Part shown: positions 37,137 through 44,608 of the stretch, piece by piece
How positions within the stretch are numbered: the first letter of the stretch is position 1
Layout of the letters: every line of letters starts with the position of its first letter
IMG/VR virus record: IMGVR_UViG_3300045988_146774
Coordinates: 96,001 to 160,000 of that record
Reading direction: 5' to 3' (one strand)
DNA length: 64,000 bases
DNA from: a virus
Program-made: the position numbers and the translations under genes
Notes under the pieces: model-generated
Databases searched by the model: none
What the model saw: the letters and a program-made list of their open reading frames with translations, nothing else
Told to the model about the DNA's origin: nothing

Positions 37137-37313
37137 CTATACAGACCAAATAGCAAAGTACGAATCGTGCTTGTTATATGGCTCTCTGCTGATAATATCC
37201 TTATCTGTATATTCACAATTCTTTACCATTTCTGTAGCAATTTCTTCACTATCCGCTTCGATTTTGCCATGAATCATCTGCTCGTCTTGTTCCATTTGAA
37301 ATTCAAATTTCAT
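37137..37313 (-). CDS. small acidic protein (58 aa, below the track cutoff)
   Basis: ATG at 37313 preceded by GGAGTGAAAAATAAAG. First gene downstream of the tRNA cluster. Confidence 0.45.
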   Translation of the reverse strand: MKFEFQMEQDEQMIHGKIEADSEEIATEMVKNCEYTDKDIISREPYNKHDSYFAIWSV

Positions 37314-37346
37314 CTTTATTTTTCACTCCTTTTTGCTTATTTTTAA

Positions 37347-37412
37347 GTGGTTGTACAGGAATCGAACCCGTTTCTCCTTATATAAGATGTGTTGCCATTA
37401 CACCAACAACCT
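37347..37412 (-). tRNA. tRNA-like gene / probable tRNA pseudogene with a truncated anticodon arm
   Basis: 66 nt. Acceptor AGGTTGT/ACAACCA (A1.A72 mismatch), D arm GTGT-AATGGCA-ACAC, T arm ACGGG-TTCGATT-CCTGT. Only 12 nt (TCTTA-TA-TAAGG) where a 17-nt anticodon arm should be. Confidence 0.35.
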
Positions 37413-37464
37413 TCCGCTTAGAGGTAATTTATGAAAACTATTTTGACAACATATAGTTGCCGAT

Positions 37465-37538
37465 ACGGTTATGCAAGAATCGAACTCGCTACATATCATA
37501 TTTTCACAATGACTGCTCTACCAATGAGCTAATAACCG
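37465..37538 (-). tRNA. tRNA-Phe(GAA)-like with an enlarged anticodon arm
   Basis: Acceptor CGGTTAT/ATAACCG, D arm GCTC-ATTGGTA-GAGC, T arm GCGAG-TTCGATT-CTTGC. The anticodon arm GTCAT-TGTGAAAAT-ATGAT has a 9-nt loop, or a 7-nt GTGAAAA loop closed by a U.U pair. Confidence 0.6.
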
Positions 37539-37657
37539 TACTCTCTGTTCCAAATAATGTGCACTATTGTCTAAAAATATAAAACACCGGAGAATCATAA
37601 TTTAACGACATTTCATATAGCAATCATGGTTTCTCACGCCACTTTTGCTCAGAGAAA

Positions 37658-37682
37658 AGATGGATGGTGGATTCGAACCACC
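37658..37682 (-). pseudogene. orphan tRNA 3' half (T arm plus acceptor strand)
   Basis: GGTGG-TTCGAAT-CCACC followed by ATCCATC. The only complementary 5' acceptor strand (GGTGGGT, two G.U) is 115 nt upstream on the - strand at 37798-37804. Confidence 0.4.
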
Positions 37683-37922
37683 TTTATAAGATTCATTACC
37701 TCAAATGTGCATATTCTCGATAACTTCACTTACAACCACAGCGTTCCTACTCGTACTAGAATCTGTCATGCACAACATAATTCGTTCTGTTGCTGCCACC
37801 CACCAAATTTATAAGCGTACCCATGATTTCGCACATGACTGATTACGCAATGTCTTAAGCGCACTTTTCGCTAACCTTTATTACAGAGTGCTTTGGAAAA
37901 GTGTAAGGTCAAGTATCTCTCA

Positions 37923-37996
37923 TGGAGCGTGCTCGACTTGAACGGGCGATCTTATGCTTATGAGGCACATGCATTAACCAACTATGCTAACGCTCC
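37923..37996 (-). tRNA. tRNA with CAT anticodon (elongator Met, or Ile2 if lysidine-modified)
   Basis: 74-nt cloverleaf: GGAGCGT/ACGCTCC, D arm GCAT-AGTTGGTTA-ATGC, anticodon arm TGTGC-CTCATAA-GCATA, T arm GCCCG-TTCAAGT-CGAGC (one C.A mismatch). G1-C72 is paired, so it is not an initiator. Confidence 0.85.
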
Positions 37997-38088
37997 AGAA
38001 ACTTACAACTTTAAGGTAAGTTGCCAACCTGTTTTTGTGATAAAACATTAAATTTAGAAAGGAGTGTCTGATTGATAATTCAGACAAA

Positions 38089-38161
38089 CTAGGCTGGTGG
38101 GTACCGCCCCCACTGATATATGGGTCAAAGCCATATGTGTTTACTTATTCACCACAGCCCA
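38089..38161 (-). tRNA. tRNA-Gln(TTG) with non-canonical D and T loops
   Basis: 73 nt. TGGGCTG/CAGCCTA (U1-A72, G73), anticodon arm TATGG-CTTTGAC-CCATA, T stem GTGGG/CCCAC. The D loop AATAAGTAAA lacks GG and the T loop is GGCGGTA. Confidence 0.6.
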
Positions 38162-38244
38162 TCGTAATTTACAGTAGTTGCTTCATCTCTATATTCTCTA
38201 TATTGATGCCAATCCCAACCCACTGCTTAATTAATTGGATTTTG

Positions 38245-38275
38245 ATGTGAGAGATTTTATACTCCCCTCTCACAT
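38245..38275. other. 9-bp hairpin in the ORF-free region upstream of the tRNA cluster
   Basis: atgtgagag-N13-ctctcacat. Confidence 0.5.
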
Positions 38276-38755
38276 ATTTAGTATGGAAAAATTTGTATCC
38301 TATGTAATATCATACAGAGGAAACATTATTATTTATAATATATTCACCATTTACCAGCCCAGAGGATAACTCGAAGTCAATTACAACTATACTCTCAACC
38401 TTTTGTCTGGGATTTTGTAAATCTTTATATCTTTTATTTTTACTATTTAAACTTTACATAATCAAAAACTTTGAATCTTAAACTTTGCTCTTTAAGGTTT
38501 ATAACTTTTAGCTTTATGACAGTTTATAGGACTCATGCTGGAGTCTTTTGTTCTGTAATAATTTGGTATTTACTTTAGCATAGTAAGCCATTTGTAAACC
38601 AAAAAAGTATATTCTACCTTTAAAGTTTTTTAGATTTTATGTAGTCAGTTTGTTTAATCTTTTACATCAGAGTAACCGACAAAGCTCAGATGAGTCATAG
38701 TTTCAAGTTTTCAATAAACAATGAATAATTATCTATTTATATATTCTCTAACGAA

Positions 38756-39397
38756 TTAATACTCAACAGTAATTTCTGTTGTTGCATTACTTACGCTAAG
38801 AGCAGCATCAATTCCAGCTTTGAATTTAGAAATTTCGTCTTCTAATTCATCGATCTTATCTTTGATGTGGATCGGATCAATGAGTTCATATGTATGTGCC
38901 TCGATATATGCCTTTCTCGTTCTTTCATATTCTTCAGTATTTGTCTTTCCTTCTTTAGACCCATATATACCAGTTACATATTTCTTAGCATCTTCCGCAA
39001 GTGAATCTCCATTCATCTTATTAATCTTGTTACAAGCTTTTGCGTACTGATCTTTCATTTCCTGTAAAAGAGATTCTTTTAATGTGATTCCATGCTGTTT
39101 CATATAGATAGCTTCCGCAACAGTATATTCTTCAAAGCCATCTTTAAGGTGTGTAACTGCATTTGAGTTTGTGATCGCCCTCTTGATTGCAATTGCTCGT
39201 TTAATCAAATCATTGGATTTATCGTATCCGGAAACGATTGTTTTCTTATATTCATCAATACTAACTCCATCAATCTTCTGGTTCGAATGAATATTCTCTT
39301 TGCAGAACGTAGATAATGCTACCGTATTGTAGATTCTACTGTTAAGAATCTTGAGCTCTGCTAACCCTTTGTGAATAGTCATAGTCTCTTTTGTCAT
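38756..39397 (-). CDS. hypothetical protein
   Basis: 213-aa co-oriented ORF. Last gene before the ORF-free region. Confidence 0.6.
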   Translation of the reverse strand: MTKETMTIHKGLAELKILNSRIYNTVALSTFCKENIHSNQKIDGVSIDEYKKTIVSGYDKSNDLIKRAIAIKRAITNSNAVTHLKDGFEEYTVAEAIYMKQHGITLKESLLQEMKDQYAKACNKINKMNGDSLAEDAKKYVTGIYGSKEGKTNTEEYERTRKAYIEAHTYELIDPIHIKDKIDELEDEISKFKAGIDAALSVSNATTEITVEY

Positions 39398-39458
39398 AAT
39401 AATGTCTCCTTTTCTTACCTTTGATATTTGAATTTTTAACTTTGCACTTATTTATTCT

Positions 39459-39878
39459 CTATTTTTTTAAATCTCTTCTGTACATACTTAGCAATCGAAT
39501 GACAGTTTCGACTAATGTGTATTCGCCTACTTTTTCATAACAATTGCATTCCAGATCAATTGTTTCTACGTATCCATTTTCGTTCATTGTCGTATAATAG
39601 TCACAATCTTCGTCATCAATTACAATCATTAACCTATCTTCTTCATCATCTAAAAGGATATCTCCAATGGATGCAGTTTCTACATATTCTTTAGAAAACA
39701 CTTCCCAATCAATCGCTGTATAATCCGACATTTCGAATACATTTTCTAATTTCCATTCGCATCCTTTCTCTTTGAAATAAATGTACTCACCTTCAATTTT
39801 AAAAAATATTCTTGGATCTAGTTTTCTAAAACATATCTTGCCTTTTTGCATAGCTTTAATTGCTTCCGTAAAATTCAT
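39459..39878 (-). CDS. DUF2829-like protein (second copy, divergent)
   Basis: From the ATG at 39878 (GGAGG 9 nt upstream): MNFTEAIKAMQKGKICFRK ... DWEVF. Confidence 0.5.
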   Translation of the reverse strand: MNFTEAIKAMQKGKICFRKLDPRIFFKIEGEYIYFKEKGCEWKLENVFEMSDYTAIDWEVFSKEYVETASIGDILLDDEEDRLMIVIDDEDCDYYTTMNENGYVETIDLECNCYEKVGEYTLVETVIRLLSMYRRDLKK

Positions 39879-40068
39879 AGTTTTCATCCTCCTCTCTCTT
39901 ATATTCTCCATCTAACAACTCTTCACAATCAGTCAATGCGTTATCATAATATTCATATGTTCTTCCACTTGGCGATAACCATTTATCTGTCTGTGATGAT
40001 TTATGTACTAAATATGGAGATAATTCGTCTAATGACATTTTTCTTATTCTGTCTATTCTTCTTAACAA
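39856..40068 (-). CDS. hypothetical protein
   Basis: 70-aa co-oriented ORF. Confidence 0.45.
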   Translation of the reverse strand: MLRRIDRIRKMSLDELSPYLVHKSSQTDKWLSPSGRTYEYYDNALTDCEELLDGEYKREEDENYEFYGSN

Positions 40069-40072
40069 TTAC

Positions 40073-40312
40073 TTATTCTCCTATTATTAACCTTTTCATA
40101 CACTTGTAAAAACTAATTAAGTATTCATTTTTTATTGAAAAGAATCCTGCACTGGCATAATAACACCAATATATTTTTGTTAATAATTTAATATCATCGT
40201 CTGAATACCCATAAGCTTTCAACGTTAATTTGCCAATACATCCATCTGTTGATATATTATTTTTTCTCTGGAAATATTCAATTAATTCAAGTTTTTCATC
40301 AACAGATTTCAT
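40073..40312 (-). CDS. hypothetical protein
   Basis: ATG at 40312 preceded by AAAGGAGAATACATAATT. Confidence 0.5.
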   Translation of the reverse strand: MKSVDEKLELIEYFQRKNNISTDGCIGKLTLKAYGYSDDDIKLLTKIYWCYYASAGFFSIKNEYLISFYKCMKRLIIGE

Positions 40313-40391
40313 AATTATGTATTCTCCTTTCTTCTTTCTTTTGATTACCACACAGAGTTTTGACGCTCTGCATGATTGGAATTATTTTTAA

Positions 40392-41258
40392 TTATTTGTT
40401 ATCAGTGACAACAGTGCTCGCTCCGGTGGTCGTCACCCATCCGAACTTAAGTCTTGCTTCTGCTTCTTTCATACGAATAAGTTCATCTGTAATAGATGAA
40501 GAAATGACTCTATTTGATTCTGCTTCAGCATTAGCTTTTGTAATCTGAATCTGAGCATCTGTCTCTGCCTGAATCTTTTCTGTCTCTTTCTGTACTTTTA
40601 CTTTCTGCTGTTCTGCTTCTGCCTGCTGTTTTTCCTGTAACGCAGTTACACGATTATCGATTGCAGTTTTTAATTTATCATCTGGGTGAACATCAATAAT
40701 TGAAGCATCAAGAACCTCAATACCGTATTTTTTAGTAAAATCTTTATTCAAATATTTTGTAATATCAGAATTAATCTTAGATCTGTTTCCAGAATAGATA
40801 TCCATCATGGAATAATCAGTTGTTACTTCCGAAATTTTAGATTTAAGAACCGGCTTAATTCTACTTTCTACAATATCGTCTCCATCCATGCCACGGAATT
40901 TCTTATATGTATTCACTACTGTGTCTGGATTGTATCTATAAGACATCTGAAAACTGATTGCAATACTTGCATCATCCGATGTAGCAACTTTGAAAGAATC
41001 ATCATTCTCGCTACCTTCACGTTTATCCTTTGACATTACAAGAATCTCATTACTTGTTGAAAATTCTTTTACTTTTTTAAGTGGCGAAATAAAATGAATT
41101 CCTGGCTGTAATGTTTCTTTCTGTACTCCATCCTTGTAGTTATATACAATTCCTGTTTTACCAGTTTCAATAAGATCGCAAGATTTCACTCCAAAAGCTC
41201 CGCCTACGACTGCTACCGCTACAATTAACCCAACTAATCCTTTTTTTCCTTTTTTCAT
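40392..41258 (-). CDS. SPFH/Band-7 (prohibitin/HflC-like) membrane protein
   Basis: N-terminal TM helix, then GIVYNYKDGVQKETLQPGIHFISPLKKV..., then a long Q/E/A-rich coiled coil. Confidence 0.75.
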   Translation of the reverse strand: MKKGKKGLVGLIVAVAVVGGAFGVKSCDLIETGKTGIVYNYKDGVQKETLQPGIHFISPLKKVKEFSTSNEILVMSKDKREGSENDDSFKVATSDDASIAISFQMSYRYNPDTVVNTYKKFRGMDGDDIVESRIKPVLKSKISEVTTDYSMMDIYSGNRSKINSDITKYLNKDFTKKYGIEVLDASIIDVHPDDKLKTAIDNRVTALQEKQQAEAEQQKVKVQKETEKIQAETDAQIQITKANAEAESNRVISSSITDELIRMKEAEARLKFGWVTTTGASTVVTDNK

Positions 41259-41263
41259 ATAAG

Positions 41264-41416
41264 TTATTCTTCTCCTCGTTTCATTTCTTCCTCTGCTTCT
41301 TTGTTATCTTTGAGCATTTTCAGTCTAATCTTATTTGCAATCATCATTGATACACTACCAACAATTGTCACAATCAAAACTGCTAGAACTGCCCATCCTA
41401 AAAAGATTACCCACAT
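41264..41416 (-). CDS. small membrane protein upstream of the SPFH gene (50 aa, below the track cutoff)
   Basis: ATG at 41416. MWVIFLGWAVLAVLIVTIVGSVSMMI is a TM helix. The stop is 5 nt before the SPFH start. Confidence 0.45.
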   Translation of the reverse strand: MWVIFLGWAVLAVLIVTIVGSVSMMIANKIRLKMLKDNKEAEEEMKRGEE

Positions 41417-41505
41417 ATATATTCTTCACATCCTTTCTATTTGTTTTAGATCATCTATAACAAAGATGAGTCAAAAATAATAATGACCATCTTAGCCATA
41501 CTTAT

Positions 41506-41871
41506 TTATTCTCCATCTATAACCACATTTATCGGATATAAACGGTCTTTACAATACTCAATAAACATATCTGATGGCGCATAATGTCTTAGTTCTTCGA
41601 ATGTCATATTGCCATTTATATAATAATATGAATCAAAATTTGGGTCTTTTTTATTTAATATTCTCGGGAAATGTATAACATTATAACAATCATCCCATAA
41701 AGATACTGCGTCCTCATGAATACTATCGTAAATATTGATTGCTTCTTGGTCGCTCGATGCGAAAATAAATTCTGATTTTCCTAATATTTCATCTCTTGCT
41801 TTAAGAAATGGCAGTAATGCATTTCTTGTATTAAACGATAGTGCAAGCTGAACTCTATAAATTTTCTTCAT
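41506..41871 (-). CDS. hypothetical protein
   Basis: ATG at 41871 preceded by GGAGAATACAAGA. Confidence 0.55.
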   Translation of the reverse strand: MKKIYRVQLALSFNTRNALLPFLKARDEILGKSEFIFASSDQEAINIYDSIHEDAVSLWDDCYNVIHFPRILNKKDPNFDSYYYINGNMTFEELRHYAPSDMFIEYCKDRLYPINVVIDGE

Positions 41872-41936
41872 TCTTGTATTCTCCAAATCTCTAACAAGCT
41901 GTCATTGTTTTCTTCTAAATGTTATAAAATTATTTA

Positions 41937-41990
41937 TTATTTGCTATCTGCTACAACAATGTTTGCTCCCTGTGTAGTCACCTCTCGGTC
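41937..41990 (-). pseudogene. relic 3' end of a second SPFH-like gene
   Basis: About 36 of 52 nt identical to 40391-40442. Translates to EVTTQGANIVVADSK-stop versus WVTTTGASTVVTDNK-stop at the end of the SPFH gene. No upstream ORF. Confidence 0.5.
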
Positions 41991-41998
41991 GCATTTAT

Positions 41999-42217
41999 TT
42001 ATTCTCCATTCTTATAACGAATCACAATAACGGCTATGTCTTCATTTGGATATGAAATATTCAAAATTTTTCCATTAACTGTTTCACAAGCTTTTGTTAC
42101 CCTTTCTACGAATTCAATAAAATCTTCTTTAACCGTTACATAATCGTGAAACCCCATTGTGCCTTCATCTCTTTTATAGCTTTTTCTCTTTGCTACAAAT
42201 TGTTTTATTTCTTTCAT
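41999..42217 (-). CDS. hypothetical protein
   Basis: 72-aa ORF with GAGAGGAG upstream. Confidence 0.5.
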   Translation of the reverse strand: MKEIKQFVAKRKSYKRDEGTMGFHDYVTVKEDFIEFVERVTKACETVNGKILNISYPNEDIAVIVIRYKNGE

Positions 42218-42233
42218 TTATACTCCTCTCATT

Positions 42234-42251
42234 ATGAAATCCCGATTTCAT
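42234..42251 (-). promoter_or_regulatory. 5'-UTR hairpin ATGAAAT-N4-ATTTCAT immediately upstream of the SD
   Basis: Read directly. The same hairpin family occurs at 45995, 59241 and 62637. Confidence 0.45.
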
Positions 42252-42323
42252 TTTGTCTCTATACAGCCTGTTTATTTGCACCAAATCGTACCATTTTCAT
42301 CCTGAATCTAACCAGCTCTCTTA

Positions 42324-42351
42324 ATTGTATGTCTGGATTTACAATATCCAA
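42324..42351 (-). promoter_or_regulatory. candidate promoter (-35 TTGGAT, 16 nt, -10 TACAAT)
   Basis: Read on the - strand in the 182-nt gap downstream of the kinase/HD gene. Confidence 0.45.
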
Positions 42352-42399
42352 AATAAGGTCGTTTTATTGCGCTTAAACCATCTGTATAGACAAGAATAT

Positions 42400-43290
42400 T
42401 TACCTCGCTCTATCACATTCGTTGAAGTTCATAAGTAATTCATACTTATATTCTCCGAACCTTTTCTTCCAACGTTCCTTAATTTTTTCACTTGTCCATT
42501 GGAATGGCATCATATGATAGTTAATTAAAAAACAAACATCCATTACATCTTTACAATATAATTCAGCCATGTTTTCTAACACCAAATACGAGCCAATAGA
42601 ATCATGAGAATAAAAATGTGCCACACAGTTTTCATCAACCGTCTTACAGAATAACTTTCCATAATCATGTAATAATGCAGCAATATTGAACTTTGTTTGA
42701 TATCCAAATCTGCAAAATAATTCATATGTATTTTTGCAATGATTATCTAATGTCATAGTATGATGTGGATTCTGTTGGTCATAATCTTCCATCTGATCAA
42801 ACATGTTAATCTCATTTAATCTATTCTCTTTATGGAATGTATAAATTGTGTATTGGTCGAAACCTTCTTCTGCGAATGGTACTTGAAATTTTCTAATCTG
42901 TTTATCTAACACCCATTCAGGAACAGGATGCTCTCTAAGTAAATTATCTTTCTTACATCGCTCAAATGGTTTTGGAATTACATAAGCAATCTTGCATACA
43001 TCCAAGCCATTAATTTTCATCATAATTGCTCTACGTGCTTTCATTGTAATGTTCGTCGCATCAGCAATTACATTATGTTTATTCTCTAATCCTTTACGGA
43101 TTCTATTATGAAAGATCTTAAACACTTCTTCGTTTTTAGATTGGTCTTCTACTTTTCCGGTTAATTCTTCCCTAATTGCATCTGAAGATACTATAATAGT
43201 ATTCTCTTCTGTTTCTGCAATTTCTTTTGCAATAGTTGACTTGCCACTTCCTGATAAGCCTACCATAATATAAAGCTTTGGCTTATTCAT
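42400..43290 (-). CDS. P-loop polynucleotide-kinase-like domain fused to an HD phosphohydrolase domain (RNA end-healing candidate)
   Basis: ATG at 43290 after AGGAGG. Walker A GLSGSGKST in the N-terminal half; HH...LLHDYGK (HD motif) in the C-terminal half. 8-nt overlap with the RNA ligase stop. Confidence 0.65.
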   Translation of the reverse strand: MNKPKLYIMVGLSGSGKSTIAKEIAETEENTIIVSSDAIREELTGKVEDQSKNEEVFKIFHNRIRKGLENKHNVIADATNITMKARRAIMMKINGLDVCKIAYVIPKPFERCKKDNLLREHPVPEWVLDKQIRKFQVPFAEEGFDQYTIYTFHKENRLNEINMFDQMEDYDQQNPHHTMTLDNHCKNTYELFCRFGYQTKFNIAALLHDYGKLFCKTVDENCVAHFYSHDSIGSYLVLENMAELYCKDVMDVCFLINYHMMPFQWTSEKIKERWKKRFGEYKYELLMNFNECDRAR

Positions 43291-44608
43291 CGTCTTCCTC
43301 CTGTGTAAATACACTAGAATAATTATCTATTCCCATATCTTTCAACCTTTTATAATGTGGAGCTTTTTTATTTCCGCTTTTAATCACATTGATTTTATTT
43401 CCAAAATATAATGACCTACAATACCCTTGATATTCTTTTGGAACATTATCAGCTACCCAAATCATAAAAGCCTTTTTATTATCTAATGGGGCTTTACTAT
43501 AATATTCTCTAACTTGTTTCTCGGTTTTTTTGATATAATCTGTCACAATAGCAGCCACTCTTTTTACATTGTCGTGGTAAGCAATAGGAAGCTTTGAAAG
43601 TAAATCATCATATTTATCATCAGCAATAGAACGAATAATCAAATTAATAGAAGAAAGTTTAGATAACGCTTTATGTATATGCACATAATCGTTATATTTC
43701 ACCTTTGCTTTATAACCATCAATATTGATTACAAATCCTTCCGCTTCATCTGACGATTTATCATCCAACTCATTCATAACTTGATCCAATGTTTTATCAA
43801 AAATATTCGTTGTTGGAATTCCATATATATTTGCTATTGTTATTACTGTATGATATGGTAATTCATTTCCAGTTTTATTAATCCTCATTCCAATTAAATA
43901 TAATCCTTCTTGCTCTTTTTTATATTTAACTACATGAGCATCTTTTAGTGAAATATATTCAAATATAAAAGTAATACCAATGTGTTCTTTCAGCATTTTT
44001 TCATAACCTGGCAATTTCATAATCATTCTATATCCGTCTTGCAATCTCCAAGAATTTTCAGGATTAATTGCTTGACTTCCAGCCATAATAATTTTGTTAT
44101 CATACCATGTTGCTGACTGCATTGAACCATCTAACTTATTTGAGAATTCAATTGTGTATGCCTTTTCAATTCTGCTTTTTATATTCTCTAAACTTGTTTC
44201 TTCAAGTTCGTTAATATTAAAAAATTTACGAAATGGACATAACACAATACTATCTTTGAAAATATCAATTACAATACTTCTACATTCTCTGTAAAACCCA
44301 TTATATCTTTCCCACAAATCCTCCCCGGAGTTTTCTATTTCTCCGTCATAGATATTGCTATATCTACCATATCTTAAAAGAAGAAAATTCTTATATTGAT
44401 TAAGTTCTAAACAAGAAAGTAAATCTTTGTATTCAAAATATTTGTCGGAAAATTCGATGTTAGATAATTCTTCCACCCATCTTTCTAAACAAGTTTGTGA
44501 TTCGTCCGTATAACCCTCTTTATAATCATACGTAACTATTCCGAATCTTTTTTTATATTCATTTTTTATTTCTATAAATTTATTTAATACAGGATTCCAA
44601 CTTATCAT
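43283..44608 (-). CDS. ATP-dependent RNA ligase
   Basis: Nucleotidyltransferase motif I KLDGS (EFSNKLDGSM), FEY (III), EGFVI (IV), KAKVK (V). Confidence 0.75.
   Translation of the reverse strand: MISWNPVLNKFIEIKNEYKKRFGIVTYDYKEGYTDESQTCLERWVEELSNIEFSDKYFEYKDLLSCLELNQYKNFLLLRYGRYSNIYDGEIENSGEDLWERYNGFYRECRSIVIDIFKDSIVLCPFRKFFNINELEETSLENIKSRIEKAYTIEFSNKLDGSMQSATWYDNKIIMAGSQAINPENSWRLQDGYRMIMKLPGYEKMLKEHIGITFIFEYISLKDAHVVKYKKEQEGLYLIGMRINKTGNELPYHTVITIANIYGIPTTNIFDKTLDQVMNELDDKSSDEAEGFVINIDGYKAKVKYNDYVHIHKALSKLSSINLIIRSIADDKYDDLLSKLPIAYHDNVKRVAAIVTDYIKKTEKQVREYYSKAPLDNKKAFMIWVADNVPKEYQGYCRSLYFGNKINVIKSGNKKAPHYKRLKDMGIDNYSSVFTQEEDDE

Noticed and set aside
37658-37682. The tRNA 3' half as the phage attP core.
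   Set aside because: It lies about 32 kb from the integrase. The repeat-rich region adjacent to int (5094-5413) is a more conventional attP location. This cannot be excluded without host junction data.
37658-37804. Group I intron-containing tRNA or tmRNA as an explanation for the split tRNA-like element.
   Set aside because: 147 nt is too short for a group I intron or a tmRNA. I saw no tag reading frame, pseudoknot series or P-element pattern. It is kept only as an unexplained tRNA-like fragment.
37626-37814. 62-aa + strand ORF within the tRNA cluster.
   Set aside because: It spans the tRNA T-arm fragment and flanking structured sequence. It has no SD and an implausible composition.
38447-38510. 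(A/T)AAACTTT repeats as replication-origin iterons.
   Set aside because: There are only four short copies with irregular spacing (about 13-23 nt) in AT-rich DNA, which could arise by chance. They are mentioned under the ORF-free region but not called as a feature.
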